From Candidatus Marinacidobacterales bacterium (GTDB taxonomy: Bacteria; Acidobacteriota; Vicinamibacteria; Marinacidobacterales; DATDRI01): a stretch of DNA of 64,000 nt. This document shows, piece after piece, positions 58,744 through 64,000 of this stretch. The stretch is from assembly GCA_965226495.1 (NCBI GenBank), contig OZ245365.1:1376001-1440000 (forward strand). Direction: 5' to 3'. The notes beneath the pieces are model-generated. The model worked only from the letters and a program-made list of their open reading frames with translations. It had not been told where the DNA came from and did no database searches. Position 1 is the first letter of the stretch. Every line of letters begins with the position of its first letter. The position numbers and the translations under genes are program-made.

Positions 58744-59217
58744 TCACCCCTCGCCCTGTTGTTTCATCATTTCGGAGAGCCTCTTGTCCATCTCCTCCGG
58801 GGGTACGTCTTCCACGTGCGTCGCGATGGACCACTTGTGCCCAAAGGGGTCTTTCACGATCCCTGACCGATCCCCGTAGAACTGGTCCGCAACCGGCCTG
58901 ACCTCGGTGGCTCCGGCGGCGATGGCCTGTTTGAACATGGCGTCCACGTCCTCCACGTAAAGGAGCATGGAGATGGGGGAGCCACCGAGTGACTCCGGGC
59001 TGAGGGCCATTATCTCCGGATCCTCGTCCGCCATCATGATGGGTGAGTCACCGATCTTGATTTCGGCGTGTCCGATCTTTCCTTCCGGAGCGGCCAGCCG
59101 GAAAAGCTCGGTGGCACCGAAGGCCTTCTTGTAGAACTCGATGGCTTTGGCCGCGCCCTTGATGATCAAGTACGGGGTGGCAGTGTGGTAACCCTCAGGA
59201 ACTGGCTTGACTGGCAT
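58744..59217 (-). CDS. VOC/PhnB-like protein
   Basis: TPYL, AIEFYKKAFGA, HAEIKIG, QFYGDR, DPFGHKW. Confidence 0.92.
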   Translation of the reverse strand: MPVKPVPEGYHTATPYLIIKGAAKAIEFYKKAFGATELFRLAAPEGKIGHAEIKIGDSPIMMADEDPEIMALSPESLGGSPISMLLYVEDVDAMFKQAIAAGATEVRPVADQFYGDRSGIVKDPFGHKWSIATHVEDVPPEEMDKRLSEMMKQQGEG

Positions 59218-59248
59218 TTTCTTGCCTCCTTAATTTAGTCACGGCTGG

Positions 59249-59816
59249 TCATTCAGTCCTTATCACGACCAGATAAATGGAATCGTCTTGGGCCATTTCT
59301 TCGTAGCGCTTCATATCCAGGACTTCGTAGCCCTCTGCTGCGAGCTCACCGAGTGCCTGCTCAGTGTAATGAACGAACCGGAGACCCTCATGCTCCTCCT
59401 CCTTCGTTCCGTACCAGAAAGAATGCATTAACAGACCATCGGTGTTCAACACCTCTCTCTGCTTCTGAAGGGATGTGGTCAACTCGTCCTTTGTAAGGTG
59501 GTGCAGCACCTTATTGGAGTATATGCAGTCGAACCTTCGGTCGGTCTCCATGGCCCTGGCGTCGAGAAGGAGCAGGTCCGCCTTGCGATTCTTCTTTCGA
59601 TAAGAATCGAGAAAAGCCGCGGAGTTATCCGAGCCCGTGACTTGGTATGTCCGGCCGAGGAGTTCCAAATCCTTTCCGGGCCCCAATCCCCAGCTCGAGA
59701 ACGGTAGAACCTTGGGGTAGATGCTTGTTCAGGACTTCGACGAGCTCGGCTCCGTCATAGCCCTCGGCCGCCTCGACATATTCTTGGACGCCGTCTTCGG
59801 TGTCGTAAAAGCCCAT
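59249..59816 (-). CDS. Class I SAM-dependent methyltransferase, split by a +1 frameshift near 59685
   Basis: VLELG(M/I)GPG motif I is restored by removing one base; FDCIYSNKVLHHL. Confidence 0.8.
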
Positions 59817-59841
59817 GACAGATTACCCTGAGCCCGCTCCC

Positions 59842-61908
59842 TTATTTCGACGCGGTCGGGGTTGCCGTCGATGTGTGCGAAGGGAAGTGCTTCGCATACC
59901 AATCCATGCTGCGATCGATGAGATCGACCTGGTGTCCGATTTCTCGAACTCCGTGGCCTTCCCGCGGATATCGCACCATGATGGTCTCGACACCGACATC
60001 TTTTAGGGCGATGTAATACTGTTCCGCTTCCGCGATCGGAACGTCGTTATCGTTTTCTCCGTGGACCAACATCGTCGGGGTCTTGACCTTGCCGACATGC
60101 TTCAGCGCCGAGCGTTCCCACAATACATCCATCAAATTATCTTGATGGGGTAGCGCGCCGAACTCGACCGCCAAATAGTCATGGTAATAGGCCATGTAGT
60201 TGAAGCTGATCAGGTTCGAGATGCTGGCGATGGGGATGGCGGCTTTGAACATAGATGTCTGGGTAATGATCCAGTTGCTGAGCTGTCCCCCGTAGCTTCC
60301 ACCCTCGATGCCGAGCCGGTCCGAGTCGACCCAGTCGTAGCGGCGGGCGGCCGCCTGCACACCGTAAATCACGTCCTTCGCTTCGCCCCCGTTTTGGTCA
60401 CCGAATATGGCATCGGCGAAGGCTTGCCCGTAGCCCGAGGAGCCGCGATAGTTCACCATGATCACGCCCCATCCGTGGCTAGCGTAAGTCTGTGCTTTGA
60501 AATGGAAGCGCGGTCCGCTCTGGCTGTGAGGCCCGCCTTTGATCATGGCGATGAGCGGGTGCTTCGAACCTGTGGTTCGACCGAACGGATGGACGACATA
60601 GGCCTCGACCTCTACGCCATCGAAGCTCAAGAACTGCATGGCCTCGACCTCGGCGACTTGGCGCCCGGCCAAGATCTCGCGGTTGAGGTCGGTCAGTTTT
60701 TCCATCGTGTTGTTCTTCTTGAGATAAAGCTGGCGCATGTCGCCCGGTGAGTCCAGGCCATATGTGACCGCACCATCCGTCGCCAAGGACCACGAGCGAA
60801 CCGTTCCGGGTTCGCCAACGACGACCTCCGGCGCGCCTCCCGAAACGGGGAGCCGGTAGAGTCGAATGTTGCCCCGTTCCTGCACGGTCGTGTAAACGGA
60901 TCTCCCATCCGATGACCAGCCCGGGGCACCCTGACGGTTGTCGATGCCGGCTCCGAGATCCTTACGATTCCCGCCATCGGCGTCCATGAGCCAGATGTGG
61001 GTATCCTCCATCGTTGTCTCGGAAGAGGTCAGCCCTCGTCGCGTACCTTGATAAGCGATGGACTGGCCGCCAGGAGACCATCGTGGCCGATACTCGGCGC
61101 TCTCGGTTCGGGTGAGCCTTCGAATCGACCCCTGGTCGACGTTTACAGCGAAGATGTCGTAGTTGAAAAACTGATCCGGGTTGGGCTCCCGATTGGAAAC
61201 GAACAGTATCTCGTCACCGGCGGGTGACCAATCGATGGAGTGTTCGTAGTAGTCACCGTGCGTCAATTGGCGCACTTTTTTCGATTCGACCCCCACGACA
61301 AAAATGTGCACCCGGCGGTTGTCGTTGAACCTCGTCAATCCTTCCGACGCCGTCGGTTTGTAAAGGTAGCGTGTGATCACCACCGGATCTGCGCTGGCGT
61401 CGTCCGTTTCCGGGCCCGGGGTTGCGGAAACGAACGCGATCGACTTGCCGCCGGGGGACCACGTCAATCTTTCTCCCGATGAGGGTAGCGGATGGTTGGT
61501 CCATTGGACCGGAGCGAGGAAGTTGGCCTGGCTGCCATCTGAACGAGCGACCATGAGTCCGCGCTGGTCGTCTTGACTACCGATGTAGGCGATCCACTCT
61601 CCATCGGGTGACCATCGGGGGTGAGAGGCACGGCCGTCGCCTAGTTTGGCGGGTTCGTCGGCAGCGAGATCCCGGATCCAGGCAAGAGAGTAAGCACGGC
61701 CCGGACGGTCGCGATACTGGACGGTGTAAACGACGCGACTCCCGTCGGGAGAGCATTGGACTTCGCCGACCGAGCGCATCTGGTAAAGGTCTTGGCTCTG
61801 AAAACCACGACTTTGGGCCAACGATGGTGATGCGAGCGCCGTCGCAGTCAACAATGAAAGAGGCGCAGCCAACAGGGAAAGGGTCGCGGCCCATCTGAGT
61901 TGTGTCAT
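59842..61908 (-). CDS. S9 family (acylaminoacyl/dipeptidyl) peptidase
   Basis: Signal peptide, WSP propeller repeats, GGSYGG, HGENDNDV, EGHG. Confidence 0.93.
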   Translation of the reverse strand: MTQLRWAATLSLLAAPLSLLTATALASPSLAQSRGFQSQDLYQMRSVGEVQCSPDGSRVVYTVQYRDRPGRAYSLAWIRDLAADEPAKLGDGRASHPRWSPDGEWIAYIGSQDDQRGLMVARSDGSQANFLAPVQWTNHPLPSSGERLTWSPGGKSIAFVSATPGPETDDASADPVVITRYLYKPTASEGLTRFNDNRRVHIFVVGVESKKVRQLTHGDYYEHSIDWSPAGDEILFVSNREPNPDQFFNYDIFAVNVDQGSIRRLTRTESAEYRPRWSPGGQSIAYQGTRRGLTSSETTMEDTHIWLMDADGGNRKDLGAGIDNRQGAPGWSSDGRSVYTTVQERGNIRLYRLPVSGGAPEVVVGEPGTVRSWSLATDGAVTYGLDSPGDMRQLYLKKNNTMEKLTDLNREILAGRQVAEVEAMQFLSFDGVEVEAYVVHPFGRTTGSKHPLIAMIKGGPHSQSGPRFHFKAQTYASHGWGVIMVNYRGSSGYGQAFADAIFGDQNGGEAKDVIYGVQAAARRYDWVDSDRLGIEGGSYGGQLSNWIITQTSMFKAAIPIASISNLISFNYMAYYHDYLAVEFGALPHQDNLMDVLWERSALKHVGKVKTPTMLVHGENDNDVPIAEAEQYYIALKDVGVETIMVRYPREGHGVREIGHQVDLIDRSMDWYAKHFPSHTSTATPTASK

Positions 61909-62019
61909 GAAGTTCCTCCCAGAAAAATCTGCCTCAATGTAGCCGAGGGCGGGCTTGCGGTACAACTCGGAGCTGCTAGTGGACTGTGCGGGCGAACTCG
62001 GGGACGCGCTTGCGAGCCG

Positions 62020-63279
62020 CTATGGAGTTCGAGGCAGCGGTGACCTGGGCTCCGGCACTTCCCGACGTCCCCGCCTTTCATCGATCTTCCGCCTCTTATC
62101 GATCTTCTGTTGGATGAATTCCGCCCCGTAGACATGTTCGGCCGCCAAGCGATTATGGGGAGGGCACAAAAGACGAAGGAACCGCTCATCGTGGCTGCGA
62201 AAGATGGCAAACGGCCGCTCGTGTTCCACCTGAAGACCGGTCCGCGACCGACATCGCCTCCCATCAGCGCTTTTGTATTCGCATTGGTGGTTCCCACGGG
62301 CATGGACCCGCTCGATCGCCTCGGAAGGAATGTGTCGCGACCTGGCCGGCTCGTCTTCCACGTCCGGCACGTCCGGCACGCCCGGCCCGACATCATCCGA
62401 CATCTCCTCCGGACGAGGTGTGGTTTTGGTGGCCTTTTGCCTCACCTTCCGCCGCTCGAGCTTCCTTTTTGGGTCTTTCTTATCGAGGGCAACGTCCAGA
62501 GCCTGCTCCAAGATCTCCGCCATATGTTTCTGAGCATTCTCGACGCCCATGACCTCGGCCAGTCGCTCGAACTTCTCTTTGAAGCTCCGGTTGGCCGAGA
62601 ACCTGAAATTGAACACGGCGGGTCGGGCTGGCTGGAGGATGTTGGGCGAGCTGACCGCTGGCGCTCGCTCATCGTCAACTCGCGCGGAGAGGTCGTTGGT
62701 CTTTCCGCTGGAACTGCCTCCACGGGCAGCGGCCGGGCGGGGCTTTTTCGAATCGAAGGCTCGAACACCGGTTTGGGCTCGATGCGAACGAGATACTCTA
62801 GTACCGCTTTCTGGGTCATCCCGGCGCAATCCGCAAGGAGCTTATCGACATTGCTCTCTGTCAGGACGGGCGCGAGGAGCCCTCAGCCCGAGCGTAGGGC
62901 GAGGCCATTGCCGAGTCCCGAAGCGAGAAGCCGTGGGGGTGGGGCCCCGCGGCACTTATGGAAGTCCCGCAACCGTGAGACTGATACGGTTCTCGGCCAG
63001 CGCGACGAGGAGCTGAGGGAAGCGAATCGAAACATTGGCGACGTGTATTCGCGATGCGACCGAGCCTTCGCTCAGACGAAGCCTCTCGACGCAATAGTGA
63101 AACGTGCTCTTGTAACCGAGCTCGAGCGCGACCTTCCTCCTCGACATCTCGGCGATATGGGCGATGAGCTTGGCAACGTTTTGTTTCTCGGCGCAGACCA
63201 ATTTCTCCGCCGACCGATCCAGCTCGCCGTCAGACAGGCGTTCGAGCTTTCCGAAGTAGTTCTTGAATCTTTCGAGCAT
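62020..63279 (-). pseudogene. HNH endonuclease domain protein (DUF222-like architecture) disrupted by an 85-bp insertion and a frameshift
   Basis: N-terminal LIAHIAE...LGYKSTFHYC; C-terminal QCEY...C...QVEH...LLCPPHN; frames change near 62883-62967 and 62745. Confidence 0.75.
62883..62967. repeat. Short (~85 bp) GC-rich structured insertion
   Basis: Its removal rejoins LTVAG to LLAPVLTESNVDKLL in frame; contains hairpin gccgtggggg...ccccgcggc. Confidence 0.65.
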
Positions 63280-63494
63280 CGTCTTCCCCCAAAGAGTTAG
63301 TAACCAAATTATACTCCGGCGTTTTAGAACGCCCGCAGTCGGTGACAGGAAGGCGACAACCGATCGACGTGAAACAAAAATCCAAAAGGCGCGGTGAATA
63401 CAGCAGGACGCTACGTAGCAAACGTGAGCGATGTTTTTGAAGGCGTCGTCGTCACGATGCAATTTGTCGCACGAAAGCTGTCAAGCTTTTTTTG

Positions 63495-64000
63495 TGTAGT
63501 GTCCTGAGTCTTTGGTTACACACTGAGTCCTGTTTTCTGTCTAAGGCGTTCATACGGGGTCTGGCCGTCTAAGCCTCCATGAGGTCGATGGTAGTTATAG
63601 TACTTCTCCCACTCGCTCAGTTTTGCATTGAATAGGTGAATGTCGTCGCTGACCCCGTCCTTGTCTAGAAGCTGGTAAAACTCTTGGTCGTCGGTGCGAT
63701 GAGAGCGTTCGACCTTGCCGTTCAATCGAGGGGTCCGGGGCGTGATGTATACGTGGGATATGTCTTTGTCCTGAAGGTGCCAGTGAAACCTCGACTGGAA
63801 TTCAGCACCGTTGTCGGTTTGTATGACGTGAATTCTGAAGGGTAATCGGTGGATGACTTCATCGATGAACTGAATGGCCGTCTTGTGACTGCAGGCATCG
63901 AATATCTTCAAGACCCGTATCCTTGTACAGTCGTCTACGGCCGTGAACTGATAGAACCTTCTCCGGGTGCCTGGTATTCTCTCCAGGAACTTTACATCTA
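63495..64000 (-). mobile_element. IS481-family element, right end (partial)
   Basis: Integrase-core transposase; terminus begins TGTAGTGTCC, about 20 bp past the stop. Confidence 0.8.
63516..64000 (-). CDS. IS481-family transposase, C-terminal part
   Basis: YQFTAVDDCTR, IQTDNGAEF, NGKVERSHR, YNYHRPHGGL.GQTP. Confidence 0.9.
   Translation of the reverse strand, partial: DVKFLERIPGTRRRFYQFTAVDDCTRIRVLKIFDACSHKTAIQFIDEVIHRLPFRIHVIQTDNGAEFQSRFHWHLQDKDISHVYITPRTPRLNGKVERSHRTDDQEFYQLLDKDGVSDDIHLFNAKLSEWEKYYNYHRPHGGLDGQTPYERLRQKTGLSV

Noticed and set aside
62110-63300. 396-aa plus-strand ORF and other long antisense ORFs (e.g. 47104-48039, 23496-24311)
   Set aside because: Shadow ORFs opposite recognisable genes in GC-rich DNA, with no motifs.

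Overview
GC-rich bacterial chromosomal window, probably Acidobacteriota (inferred from ADOP-type duplicated permeases, an acidobacterial-type VWA protein and Ser/Thr kinases with TPR or PD40 tails). It carries about 55 genes, including a CIRCE-controlled hsp20-groES-groEL operon, msrA, ggt, a type II toxin-antitoxin pair, a putative catabolic operon (MBL hydrolase, AKR, cupin, MFS, SpdH-like flavoprotein, CDGSH-cupin), a TetR-MMPL-LolA-like-barrel cluster, a P450, a complete IS30 element inside a permease gene and a partial IS481. The most notable signal is an archease-rtcB operon. rtcB has an in-frame TGA exactly at the invariant metal-bridging Cys ([12 protein letters not shown]), followed by a hairpin with the same AGGUCU apical sequence as the E. 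coli fdhF SECIS, so it is a candidate selenocysteine-containing RNA ligase. The 8.9-14.9 kb region is a mosaic of diverged duplications around a putative WYL-regulator operator. Several genes carry single-base indels, mostly in homopolymers, so some apparent pseudogenes may be sequencing errors.
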